The notes beneath the pieces were generated by a model. That model worked only from the letters and a program-made list of their open reading frames with translations, was not told the DNA's origin and did no database searches. The position numbers were made by a program, and so were the translations under genes. Positions 1 through 8,106 of a stretch of 64,000 nucleotides of DNA are shown here, one piece after another; position 1 is the stretch's first letter; every line of letters begins with the position of its first letter. The DNA comes from Gammaproteobacteria bacterium (GTDB taxonomy: Bacteria; Pseudomonadota; Gammaproteobacteria; CBDBNL01; JAAOII01): positions 256,001 through 320,000 of the forward strand of contig OZ242372.1 in NCBI GenBank assembly GCA_965209035.1. The letters are read 5' to 3'.

Positions 1-1070
1 TCGGCATAGGAAGCCGCATCACTAAAATTCAATGAGCGGGTCAGTTCATAACCCACACAGCCGCCGTTCTCTTCAGTCGGGCAGCCCCCAGAACCTACAG
101 CGTCAATCGCGTCAATATGATCATCATCCGTCCCATCGCCATTTAGGTCATCGCGCAGCAGGGCCAGTTGATCCAAATTATGAATCTCGATCAAGCCGTT
201 ATTATCATCGTCCGTATCTTCCGCATTCCCGGTACCATCACCATCAAAATCCGTACCCACACCACCGGATTGATCCGCTCCGGTGGTGCTGCGCAAAGAA
301 CTTGAAACCCCGGAAATGTCATTTTCATAAAGCACCGTAATCGCGATGTTGTAGGTGATACCGTTAGTTAGGCCCGTAATTCTGTCCGTAACTCGAGCAC
401 CGGATAAAAGTGAAATATCCGCCGTGGTGGAATCAAGTTCCTTTGTGTCGCCATCGGCATCATCATCAGCATTGAACCAGGCAAGATTGAACCCAACGAT
501 ATCATCCCGATTCGGATTGGTCCAACCCACGAGAATATTATCCTCACCAACCAGCGTCCGGATATTGGAAACAGCCGGCAGAGTGGGGGTGCCGCCGCCA
601 TTTCCATTACCACCGTTACCCGGCGGAGTGGTGGCAGGATCCATCCCGGTCATTCTTTGGACCGGAACCGAATCCACGGATGTACCATTCCGATAAAGGA
701 CCGCAACTGTGATATTGTAAGTGGCGTCATAGGTAAGATCCGGAATGAGGAATGTATTATCCGAAGCACCCGCCGCAGTATTCGCTGCGTCAGAATCAAG
801 CGCCATTTCTCCGCGATCGGTCGCCTCGGCATCATCATCAACATTGATCCACGCGATATTGAAGCCGGTGATATTCTCCAGGTTGGGATTGGTCCAACTC
901 ACGGTGATATTATTGCCAGATGCCGCGGCTTTGATATTGGTGGCAGCCCCGGGATTGGAGATCGTGCGATCATCACCGCCGCCACCGCCGCTGCCGGCAC
1001 AACCGGCAAGAACCAAAGCAAGCATCCCTGTCAGCAGAACAGCGCATACCGAACGAGATGGCATCTTCAT
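1..1070 (-). CDS. Surface lipoprotein, 3' end outside the window: signal/lipobox, two fibronectin-III-like repeats, Asp-rich DxDGDG motif, start of a GLUG-type domain
   Basis: Not in the ORF track; translated by hand. MKMPSRSVCAVLLTGMLALVLAGC (Cys24 at 999-1001), two repeats with WTNPN..I.GFN.AW.N, then DFDGDG and DDDNNGLIEIHNLDQLALLRDDLNGDG...GCVGYELTRSLNF. The frame is open to base 1, with an alternative in-frame ATG at 1259. Confidence 0.8.
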   Translation of the reverse strand, partial: MKMPSRSVCAVLLTGMLALVLAGCAGSGGGGGDDRTISNPGAATNIKAAASGNNITVSWTNPNLENITGFNIAWINVDDDAEATDRGEMALDSDAANTAAGASDNTFLIPDLTYDATYNITVAVLYRNGTSVDSVPVQRMTGMDPATTPPGNGGNGNGGGTPTLPAVSNIRTLVGEDNILVGWTNPNRDDIVGFNLAWFNADDDADGDTKELDSTTADISLLSGARVTDRITGLTNGITYNIAITVLYENDISGVSSSLRSTTGADQSGGVGTDFDGDGTGNAEDTDDDNNGLIEIHNLDQLALLRDDLNGDGTDDDHIDAIDAVGSGGCPTEENGGCVGYELTRSLNFSDAASYA

Positions 1071-1311
1071 CCGCAGGCAGGTATTAGAAGCTGCCGTGAG
1101 CGGCCATGCCGGAAAGCATGCAAGCAGCCGACCAAATGACCGAGCAGCATTCGGCAAAAAATTAAAAGCATTATTAAGGAGACGCTCACATGCCGGGCGT
1201 CTTTGCCGGCAGTGCATTTCTTGCACCGACCGGACAGGAAAAAAGTATAGATTGTTCATAATTTTTTATTGTTATTAATATTCATTTATCTTTTAAATTT
1301 CAAGGAATTAT

Positions 1312-2394
1312 TCAATATCCTTTTTCATTATAACCTAAATCCAGTTTTTGTTTGGATTTTGTATGATCCCACCCATTTCTGGACTTTTGTTGTTTTTGCA
1401 AAAACTGGATTGGCGAGAGTTGTTTGAGAGCATAATGGGGACGTTCCAGATTATACCAAGCCAACCACTCGATGAGTTTGGCGTTGAATGCCGGCATATC
1501 CTTAACCAAGAGATGCCGCATATGACAACCGAACTCTTCCCAGAGAGTGCGATTAAACCGTTCGCAGTGTGCATTCATTTGCGGTTTCCTTGGATAGGTA
1601 TACCAGTGGGTGCTGCCGTTTGCGGTCACGACCCGGTGAAAGTCTTTGGCGAACTCACTGCCATTATCGGTGAGGACTTTTTCGATCCGAGTGCCGAGTA
1701 TGTTTTGCATGGCGGTAAAGAGCCGGGCGGAACTGGCCGAAGCAGCGGAGGTGTCGACACTGACCAGTGAGAAGCGGGAAAATAGGTCAATGCCGACATG
1801 CCAATAAAAGCGCCGGCCATCGACGATGCGGACGAGCGTATCAAAGGCAACACATTCACCTCTCCGGCCCGCAACAAAGCGGGTGTCCTTGCGCTCGCGC
1901 GGAGCACCATGCCGCGGGCGTTTCGGCACGGACCGCGATGGTTTGCACCGCATCTTATCCGGGTCATCGGCAATGATGCGAGAGAGCGTTGATTGGCTGG
2001 GCAGCGGCAGCCCGCGCTGCTGACACCATTCGGGTAACAAGCAGACCAGTTTACCGGCACCGATGTTCGGACGCTGTTGTCGCCAAGATCGGATCTTGGT
2101 AATCAGTGCCGGTGGCCAGGTGTTGGACCGCTTGGGCTGATACCCATAGTTGTTCGCCAGTTCATCGACCCCGCCTTCACGGAAACGCCGCTGCCACTCG
2201 TAGAATGTAGCACGACTGATCCTGGTATGATCCAACGCGGCCGCGACACCATGTTTGCGCGCGAACGCCAAGGTGTCCAGTTTTATTTTGGTGGTTTTAG
2301 ACATGTTTAAATATTGATTTGCTAAAACCACCATTTTATTGAAACCGCGCACGCGATAACCAATGTAGCGTAAACGTGTCCCTCTCATTTCCAA
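1312..2394 (-). CDS. IS481-family transposase (HTH + rve integrase core)
   Basis: Motifs AFDT, GIDLFSR, LTDNGSEF, NAHCERFNRT and YNLERPH; N-terminal HTH ISRATFYEWQRRF. Confidence 0.9.
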   Translation of the reverse strand: MEMRGTRLRYIGYRVRGFNKMVVLANQYLNMSKTTKIKLDTLAFARKHGVAAALDHTRISRATFYEWQRRFREGGVDELANNYGYQPKRSNTWPPALITKIRSWRQQRPNIGAGKLVCLLPEWCQQRGLPLPSQSTLSRIIADDPDKMRCKPSRSVPKRPRHGAPRERKDTRFVAGRRGECVAFDTLVRIVDGRRFYWHVGIDLFSRFSLVSVDTSAASASSARLFTAMQNILGTRIEKVLTDNGSEFAKDFHRVVTANGSTHWYTYPRKPQMNAHCERFNRTLWEEFGCHMRHLLVKDMPAFNAKLIEWLAWYNLERPHYALKQLSPIQFLQKQQKSRNGWDHTKSKQKLDLGYNEKGY

Positions 2395-2658
2395 TGTGCA
2401 GTCCGGCTGCCCTCACAAACCGTACCGTCTCGCCAGCGGATACACCTAGACAGTTTTATCAACAACAAGCCTCCGCTGTCTGCGGCGGTGAGAGCAAAAC
2501 AGCTATCCGTCCTTCTTGCCCGTTTCATTCATCTAGCTCCACATACCGAAGGCCCGTTGCCGGATCTATTTTCGACCCGTCCGACAGAACCTCCGGCCGC
2601 TTGATCTGAGGACGCACAATGCCGAACTCAGAGTCCAGAACCTTTATGAGATCATGCA
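1360..2658 (-). mobile_element. IS481-family insertion sequence
   Basis: Imperfect terminal IRs TGTATGATCCCA..TTCTGGACT (from 1360) and TGCATGATCTCA..TTCTGGACT (ending 2658, minus strand). A 5-bp direct repeat GATTT flanks it at 1355-1359 and 2659-2663. It encloses a DDE transposase. Confidence 0.8.
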
Positions 2659-2728
2659 GATTTAGAAAGAATTGTTCAGGTTTATAAAAACTGCCTCAAA
2701 CTCTTATCCATTAAGAGTTTGTAAGGAA

Positions 2729-2998
2729 GTATCCGCATCTTCAGTATCCGCATCTTCGGTATCCGCATCTTCGGTATCCGCATCTTCAGTATCCGCATCT
2801 TCGGTATCCGCATCTTCAGTATCCGCATCTTCGGTATCCGCATCTTCGGTATCCGCATCTTCGGTATCCGCATCTTCGGTATCCGCATCTTCGGTATCCG
2901 CATCTTCGGTATCCGCATCTTCGGTATCCGCATCTTCGGTATCCGCATCTTCGGTATCCGCATCTTCGGTATCCGCATCTTCGGTATCCGCATCTTCG
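2729..2998. repeat. 15-bp tandem array GTATCCGCATCTTC(G/A) x18
   Basis: Counted directly: 18 units with no spacers; only the last base varies (A in units 1, 4 and 6). Confidence 0.97.
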
Positions 2999-3133
2999 AA
3001 GCCCGGTGATACAAGATCTCCCGCCCGTCATTGACCGCAGCCCGGTAATTTTTTTGTGGTTACAACTTCCCCGATATCATTTTTGGTATTGGGGCAAAAA
3101 AATATGGGAATGCATAAAAAATACGGCAAGAGA

Positions 3134-3142
3134 TGTTATAAT
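3134..3142 (+). promoter_or_regulatory. Putative extended -10 promoter (TGnTATAAT)
   Basis: TGTTATAAT lies just upstream of the 3154/3166 start codons. Confidence 0.45.
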
Positions 3143-3153
3143 TCTTACAGGTT

Positions 3154-4137
3154 ATGGGTTATTTTATGAAATTTAGAAAAATGACAAAGGAGGATATGGA
3201 CTGTAACACAGTCGCAGAAAAATCGGCGGGGAAATACAATACCGAGCGTCTGCCGGAAGTAAAGGTTAGCGTTTGGACATACATCCTATGTGCCATTGGG
3301 TTGTTTGTATTTACGGCATTTTCTACTCTTACCCTTTACGATGCCGCCCTTGCATACAATTTGATACCGGAAGGCAGTTGGTTTATTCTTTTTCTGCTCG
3401 GCTTCTTTGTGATGATCCTTGGCCTGGTCTGCGAATATGCCATAGCTTCGTTATACCTGGCTGTGGCAAAAACAAATCAAAAAATAGAAGTTAATATAGA
3501 GGAAGTAAAAGAGGAGATTACGGGAGTCAGAACTGAATTAAAAGGGGATATTGCGGGAGTCAGAACTGAACTAAAAGGGGATATTGCGGGAGTCAGAACT
3601 GGGCTAAAAGGGGATATTGCAAGAGTCAGAACTGAACTAAAAGGGGATATTGCAAGAGTCAGAACTGGGCTAAAAGGGGATATTACGGGAGTCAGAACTG
3701 AATTGGATGTTGTTGTCAAAACTTTGAAGTTGATGCTTTTGAATAAGAAAGGTGTTGCCATGCAAGTACTAATTGCCGCGGAGCATTCTCCTCTCGATAT
3801 GACAGCTCTTGGTCGGGAAACATTGGAGGAAAGTGGCATTAAAAAATATGTTGACGGCCGTTGGGAAGAATGGAGTCAGCAATTGCATGTACTCAACTTA
3901 TCCAAAAAGCATACGGGGGATCTTTACAAGATTCAAGAAGAAATTTTTTCTTTTGTGGAAGCAAACATCTCCGAGAAAGAAGATCTTGCGTCAATGATAG
4001 AAGAAATCGGTTCCTTAACCAATCTGCGCTTTCTGGCACGCCTGTATGTCCGCAACAAATTTTTTAAAGAAAACAATTGGGTGATTAAGGAAATAGACAA
4101 GTACAACCCGGCCAAGAATAAACCCGCCAAGGAGTGA
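3154..4137 (+). CDS. Membrane protein with two TM helices, hendecad (11-aa) coiled-coil repeats and a C-terminal domain of unknown function (paralog 1; start may be 3166)
   Basis: Two hydrophobic segments followed by repeats of I(A/T)(G/R)VRT(E/G)LKGD; near-identical paralog at 4326. Confidence 0.8.
   Translation: MGYFMKFRKMTKEDMDCNTVAEKSAGKYNTERLPEVKVSVWTYILCAIGLFVFTAFSTLTLYDAALAYNLIPEGSWFILFLLGFFVMILGLVCEYAIASLYLAVAKTNQKIEVNIEEVKEEITGVRTELKGDIAGVRTELKGDIAGVRTGLKGDIARVRTELKGDIARVRTGLKGDITGVRTELDVVVKTLKLMLLNKKGVAMQVLIAAEHSPLDMTALGRETLEESGIKKYVDGRWEEWSQQLHVLNLSKKHTGDLYKIQEEIFSFVEANISEKEDLASMIEEIGSLTNLRFLARLYVRNKFFKENNWVIKEIDKYNPAKNKPAKE
3517..3702 (+). repeat. 33-bp coding tandem repeat, five full units plus a partial unit
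   Basis: Units of ATTGCGGGAGTCAGAACTGAACTAAAAGGGGAT with variants. Confidence 0.9.
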
Positions 4138-4199
4138 AGCAGCCCACCTTGACTTTAGAAAGCAGTTTTTATATTTTAAAAACTCTTGTATCTATAAGG

Positions 4200-4331
4200 G
4201 GCATAACCTCAGCAAGGTGCCGGACTCTGAGTTTGGGATGGTGCGCCCTCAGATCAAAGAGCCGGAGGTCCGGCCGGACGGGGTAAAAAGAGATCCGACA
4301 AGCGGCTTAAGGTATGTGAAGATAGATGAAT
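4200..4331 (+). mobile_element. Diverged orphan copy of the IS481 left-end region
   Basis: Ungapped match to the reverse complement of 2525-2658, about 78% identical by manual count. Confidence 0.7.
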
Positions 4332-5204
4332 AAGGAGGATATGGACTGTAACACAGTCGCAGAAAAATCGGCGGGGAAATACAATACCGAGCGTCTGCCG
4401 GAAGTAAAGGTTAGCGTTTGGACATACATCCTATGTGCAATTGGGTTGTTTGTATTTACGGCATTTTCTACTCTTACCCTTTACGATGCCGCCCTTGCAT
4501 ACAAGTTGATACCGGAGGGCAGTTGGTTTATTCTTTTTCTGCTCGGCTTCTTTGTGATGATCCTTGGCCTGGTCTGCGAATATGCCATAGCTTCGTTATA
4601 CCTGGCTGTGGCAAAAACAAATCAAAAAATAGAAGTTAATATAGAGGAAGTAAAAGAGGAGATTACGGGAGTCAGAACTGAACTAAAAGGGGGTATTGCA
4701 GGAGTCAGAACTGAACTAAAAGGGGATATTGCGGGAGTCAGAACAGAGATTGCGGGAGTCAGAACTGAATTGGATGTTGTTGTCAAAACTTTGAAGTTGA
4801 TGCTTTTGAATAAGAAAGGTGTTGCCATGCAAGTACTAATTGCCGCGGAGCATTCTCCTCTCGATATGACAGCTCTTGGTCGGGAAACATTGGAGGAAAG
4901 CGGCATTAAAAAATATGTTGACGGCCGTTGGGAAGAATGGAGTCAGCAATTGCATGTACTCAACCTATCCAAAAAGCATACGGGGGATCTTTATAAGATT
5001 CAAGAAGAAATTTTTTCTTTTGTGGAAGCAAACATCTCCGAGAAAGAAGATCTTGCGTCAATGATAGAAGAAATCGGTTCCTTAACCAATCTGCGCTTTC
5101 TGGCACGCCTGTATGCCCGCAACAAATTTTTTAAAGAAAACAATTGGGTCATTAAGGAAATAGACAAGTACAACCCGGCCAAAAATAAACCCGCCAAGGA
5201 GTAA
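4326..5204 (+). CDS. Membrane coiled-coil repeat protein (paralog 2, shorter repeat stalk)
   Basis: Nearly identical to 3154..4137, but with two 11-aa units and one 7-aa unit instead of five 11-aa units. Confidence 0.8.
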   Translation: MNKEDMDCNTVAEKSAGKYNTERLPEVKVSVWTYILCAIGLFVFTAFSTLTLYDAALAYKLIPEGSWFILFLLGFFVMILGLVCEYAIASLYLAVAKTNQKIEVNIEEVKEEITGVRTELKGGIAGVRTELKGDIAGVRTEIAGVRTELDVVVKTLKLMLLNKKGVAMQVLIAAEHSPLDMTALGRETLEESGIKKYVDGRWEEWSQQLHVLNLSKKHTGDLYKIQEEIFSFVEANISEKEDLASMIEEIGSLTNLRFLARLYARNKFFKENNWVIKEIDKYNPAKNKPAKE

Positions 5205-5260
5205 AACCTCCCGTTGCGCTATTTGAGCGGGAACTCCGCTTCCAATTCGGCAAAAAAAGA

Positions 5261-5402
5261 TCCCTTCCCCTCACTCAGAAGTCAGCCGGTGATCCCTTCA
5301 TTCGTCTGTGGGATCTTGGCACGAGCCGCCAATACCCCGTCTTGAACTGCATGCCGAGTGGTCTCTCGGCGCAAGGTAAGTAAGGTGAGAGATTAGAAGG
5401 GA
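5261..5402 (+). ncRNA. Candidate structured ncRNA, possibly a reduced 6S RNA
   Basis: Closing stem TCCCTTC/GAAGGGA plus CTCAC/GTGAG; hairpins GCCGGTGATCCC/GGGATCTTGGC and GCCGAG/CTCGGC; CTTGAAC...CAAGG motif reminiscent of 6S RNA. Confidence 0.35.
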
Positions 5403-5656
5403 AAGCGTCTAAAGCAGGCCGAAAGTGCGTTTGGCTGCTTCGGCGGTCCAAACAGATCGATTGGGCATCGATGCGGCGGCTATGAAACAGCGATGCAGCG
5501 GCTGCGAAGCAGAGACAAGTGTGCGGTGCGGCAAAGAGTACATTTTTAACAAGCCTCGATTTTTCTACCAATCGCCCGGAAAAAATTATAAAAAACACCC
5601 ATATCGGTGCATGACATTAATCACATCACCCGAAACAAAGTGTAAAATACTTAAAC

Positions 5657-5729
5657 GGACGCTTAGCTCAGCCGGAAGAGCATCGCCCTTACAAGGCGAG
5701 GGTCGCAGGTTCGATCCCTGCAGCGTCCA
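5657..5729 (+). tRNA. tRNA-Val(TAC)
   Basis: Cloverleaf with anticodon arm TCGCC-CTTACAA-GGCGA and T-loop GTTCGAT; no encoded CCA. Confidence 0.95.
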
Positions 5730-5734
5730 TGGTT

Positions 5735-5811
5735 GGAGCGGTAGTTCAGTTGGTTAGAATGCTGGCCTGTCACGCCGGAGGTCGCGGGTTCGAGTCCCGT
5801 CCGCTCCGCCA
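5735..5811 (+). tRNA. tRNA-Asp(GTC)
   Basis: GGAGCGGTAGTTCAGTTGG...CTGTCAC...GTTCGAGTCCCGTCCGCTCCGCCA. Confidence 0.97.
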
Positions 5812-7055
5812 TTTTTTCTTTCGGACTCTTTATTTTTAGCGGGATCTTTATCCGGATCTTTATTTTTATTAACGCTTCTTTGCCGAAAGCCGGATTCCAA
5901 ATAGTCCGCGGAATGCATCTCAAACAGGCGGCTTAATGTTCTGCCACTTTCGCCCCCTTCTCGTCGTTCCTTACCCTTGCCGTAAAGATCGGCCAAAGAC
6001 ACAGCCGCACTCATCACCGGAATACAGCCCTCGTCATAGAGGATATCCACAAGCCAAGTAAATCTTCGCGATGCCTCCGCCAAGGCGGGATCATGAAGAG
6101 ACGGAATCTCGGATATGAACACCACGTTGAACTTTTCCGCCAGTCGCAGATAGTCTTCTTTCCCTCTGGCCGCCCGGCAAAGTTCGGAAAAACAGAACCA
6201 AATACTGTCCGAACAACGGGCAATGGCGGGAATTTTCCGCCCGCCCGCTTCCAACACAGGCGGCAGCCGGCTGCCGCAAGCGAATTTCTCATAGACATCC
6301 GATAATTTTTGGCGGGAAAGATCTGCCAGCGGGTAAAAAAACCGCTCGTCTCCCGCCAACTTTTCCCGCCGATAGTCCGCTCCGTCTCCCATATCAAATA
6401 CAATAAAAGATTTTTCTATCAGTTCAATCGTCGGCAAAAAAAGATGCCGCGCCAAACCATCCCGATACAGATCCCGGGGGGCATAGTTTGATGTCATAAT
6501 CAAGTCGGTTCCGCCGCGCAACAGTTCCGACAAAATGCGCGCCAAGATCATCGCATCGCCTATATCCGAAACATGGAATTCGTCAAAGCAGATTAACTTA
6601 AATTGCCGGGCAAGTTCTTTTGTCAGGACTGCCAAGTGATTATTCTCTTTGCCGTTGTTTTGGGACGCAAGCCTGTTCATCCCCGAATGAAAATGTCGCA
6701 TAAACGCATGAAAATGCACACGCCTCTTTTCGGGGACAGGCGTATTGAGAAAAAACTCATCCATCAAAAAGGTTTTGCCCCGGCCCACACCGCCGTGCAG
6801 GTAAATCCCGCGGGCACCGGTTCCCGTTTGCCGACCGGAATTCCGGACTAACTTTTTCCATAGCCCGCTTCCTTTGCGAGAATAATGTTCCGAGCGGGCG
6901 GCGATAAACGAATTTAAAAGTCCGGCCGCTTCTTCCTGTTTAGGATCAAACTTAAGTTTTCCCCGGCTTACAAGTTCCGAATACCAAGCGGGGGCATCAA
7001 CGGTGGCGGCGGTTAACTTCTTGGCATCCGGCACATCAGAAGAAGCCGGCATCAT
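5754..7055 (-). CDS. zapE: Cell division ATPase ZapE (AFG1 family)
   Basis: GIYLHGGVGRGKT Walker A, HFHAFM, CFDEFHVSDIGDAMIL, TSNYAPRDLY and RTLSRLFEM. Confidence 0.92.
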   Translation of the reverse strand: MMPASSDVPDAKKLTAATVDAPAWYSELVSRGKLKFDPKQEEAAGLLNSFIAARSEHYSRKGSGLWKKLVRNSGRQTGTGARGIYLHGGVGRGKTFLMDEFFLNTPVPEKRRVHFHAFMRHFHSGMNRLASQNNGKENNHLAVLTKELARQFKLICFDEFHVSDIGDAMILARILSELLRGGTDLIMTSNYAPRDLYRDGLARHLFLPTIELIEKSFIVFDMGDGADYRREKLAGDERFFYPLADLSRQKLSDVYEKFACGSRLPPVLEAGGRKIPAIARCSDSIWFCFSELCRAARGKEDYLRLAEKFNVVFISEIPSLHDPALAEASRRFTWLVDILYDEGCIPVMSAAVSLADLYGKGKERREGGESGRTLSRLFEMHSADYLESGFRQRSVNKNKDPDKDPAKNKESERKNGGADGTRTRDLRRDRPAF

Positions 7056-7152
7056 TTGAAACGAAAACAGAGGGCGAGCGTTTGTGAAATCGGCCGCACA
7101 ACATCCGTCTTGGCAACCGCGAACATACCGTTAGTTGCCGGATTCAATCTTC

Positions 7153-7944
7153 TCATGCATCCGGGGCATCGGGCGGGGCAGGAATTCCGAATAGCGGCAC
7201 AGATCCCGGCGGCGAACCGTCATCATCATCCGAGTCATCGGACGGTTTGGACGGGTCGGGTGGCGGTGCGAAGCTCGGCGACGGACCGCCAGCCTCCGGA
7301 TAGCGGCGCGGCTCGGGTGTTTCCGGCGGCACCTGATCCGCAAAACAAGCAGCCTGGATATGTTCTCCCTTGACAAGAAGATGCTTAGGATCGCGAAACC
7401 GGGTATTGGGAGACGGCGGCAAGATCCTCAGCAGCTCCGTTTGTTCTTCGGCAGCAAATTCAAAAAGAGGCTCAAAATCCGTATCGCCACTTACCAAAAT
7501 AATTTTAGGATGTGTATTCCGGCAAATACTCACGGCAATTTTCAAGGCGATATTCACATCCGTTTCTTTTTCTTTATACGGTTTGTACTTCGGAATATGT
7601 TTTTTGCAATGCGGGCAACAATAACCGGCATCGCCGGACCTGGAAAACCGACCCATCACGGAGACGAACTTTTCCCCGTATCTCTTGGCATGATAGTCCG
7701 TGTAAATTTCCTGAACTTTTTGTTGTTCTTTGGAACCGGGCGACTCATAAGCCGCACTGCAATAGTAAAGTTTGTCTATTACTTCTTCTCCTTCCTTGAG
7801 ATGCCAATCGACTAATTGAAACAGATCATACCAAAGATAACTGTTATCTCCGTGGAGATATTTTTGGACAAAATCACAAACCGAGTAATACAGATTGTAA
7901 CCGTCCACAAAAACCAACACCTTTTTTTCAGTCATCTTTTGCAA
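7153..7944 (-). CDS. NYN-domain (LabA/DUF88, PIN-like) protein with a CxxC insert and a Pro/Asp-rich tail
   Basis: FVDGYNLYY, EKETDVNIA, LVSGDTDF and CCPHC. Confidence 0.88.
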   Translation of the reverse strand: MQKMTEKKVLVFVDGYNLYYSVCDFVQKYLHGDNSYLWYDLFQLVDWHLKEGEEVIDKLYYCSAAYESPGSKEQQKVQEIYTDYHAKRYGEKFVSVMGRFSRSGDAGYCCPHCKKHIPKYKPYKEKETDVNIALKIAVSICRNTHPKIILVSGDTDFEPLFEFAAEEQTELLRILPPSPNTRFRDPKHLLVKGEHIQAACFADQVPPETPEPRRYPEAGGPSPSFAPPPDPSKPSDDSDDDDGSPPGSVPLFGIPAPPDAPDA

Positions 7945-8106
7945 TCTTCATATTATGATTTCCATTAATTTAACTGTTGCTTTTTATTATATCCAATAGC
8001 CGCCCCAATAAACTCTTTCAACATTTCTGTTCCCGTCCCCGTTCCGGCTCTCTTAATGTTTATCTCTATGTTTATCTCTGCGGAAAGAAAGAGCCTTTAT
8101 AGGTAT

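Noticed and set aside
2659-2700. 12-bp match GCAGTTTTTATA shared with ~4162-4173, beyond the IS end
   Set aside because: Short and AT-rich. The GATTT duplication and the 27502 copy both fix the end at 2658, so it was not used to move the boundary.
2729-2998. Possible CRISPR array
   Set aside because: Units are contiguous with no spacers and only 15 bp long; no cas genes in the window.
2672-3034. Track ORFs (VSASS)n, (MRIPK)n and (RRCGY)n as genes
   Set aside because: They are by-products of a repeat whose length is a multiple of three; there is no RBS or domain evidence.
3154-5204. Diversity-generating retroelement template/variable repeat pair
   Set aside because: The differences are not adenine-specific and are mostly synonymous; no reverse transcriptase is in the window.
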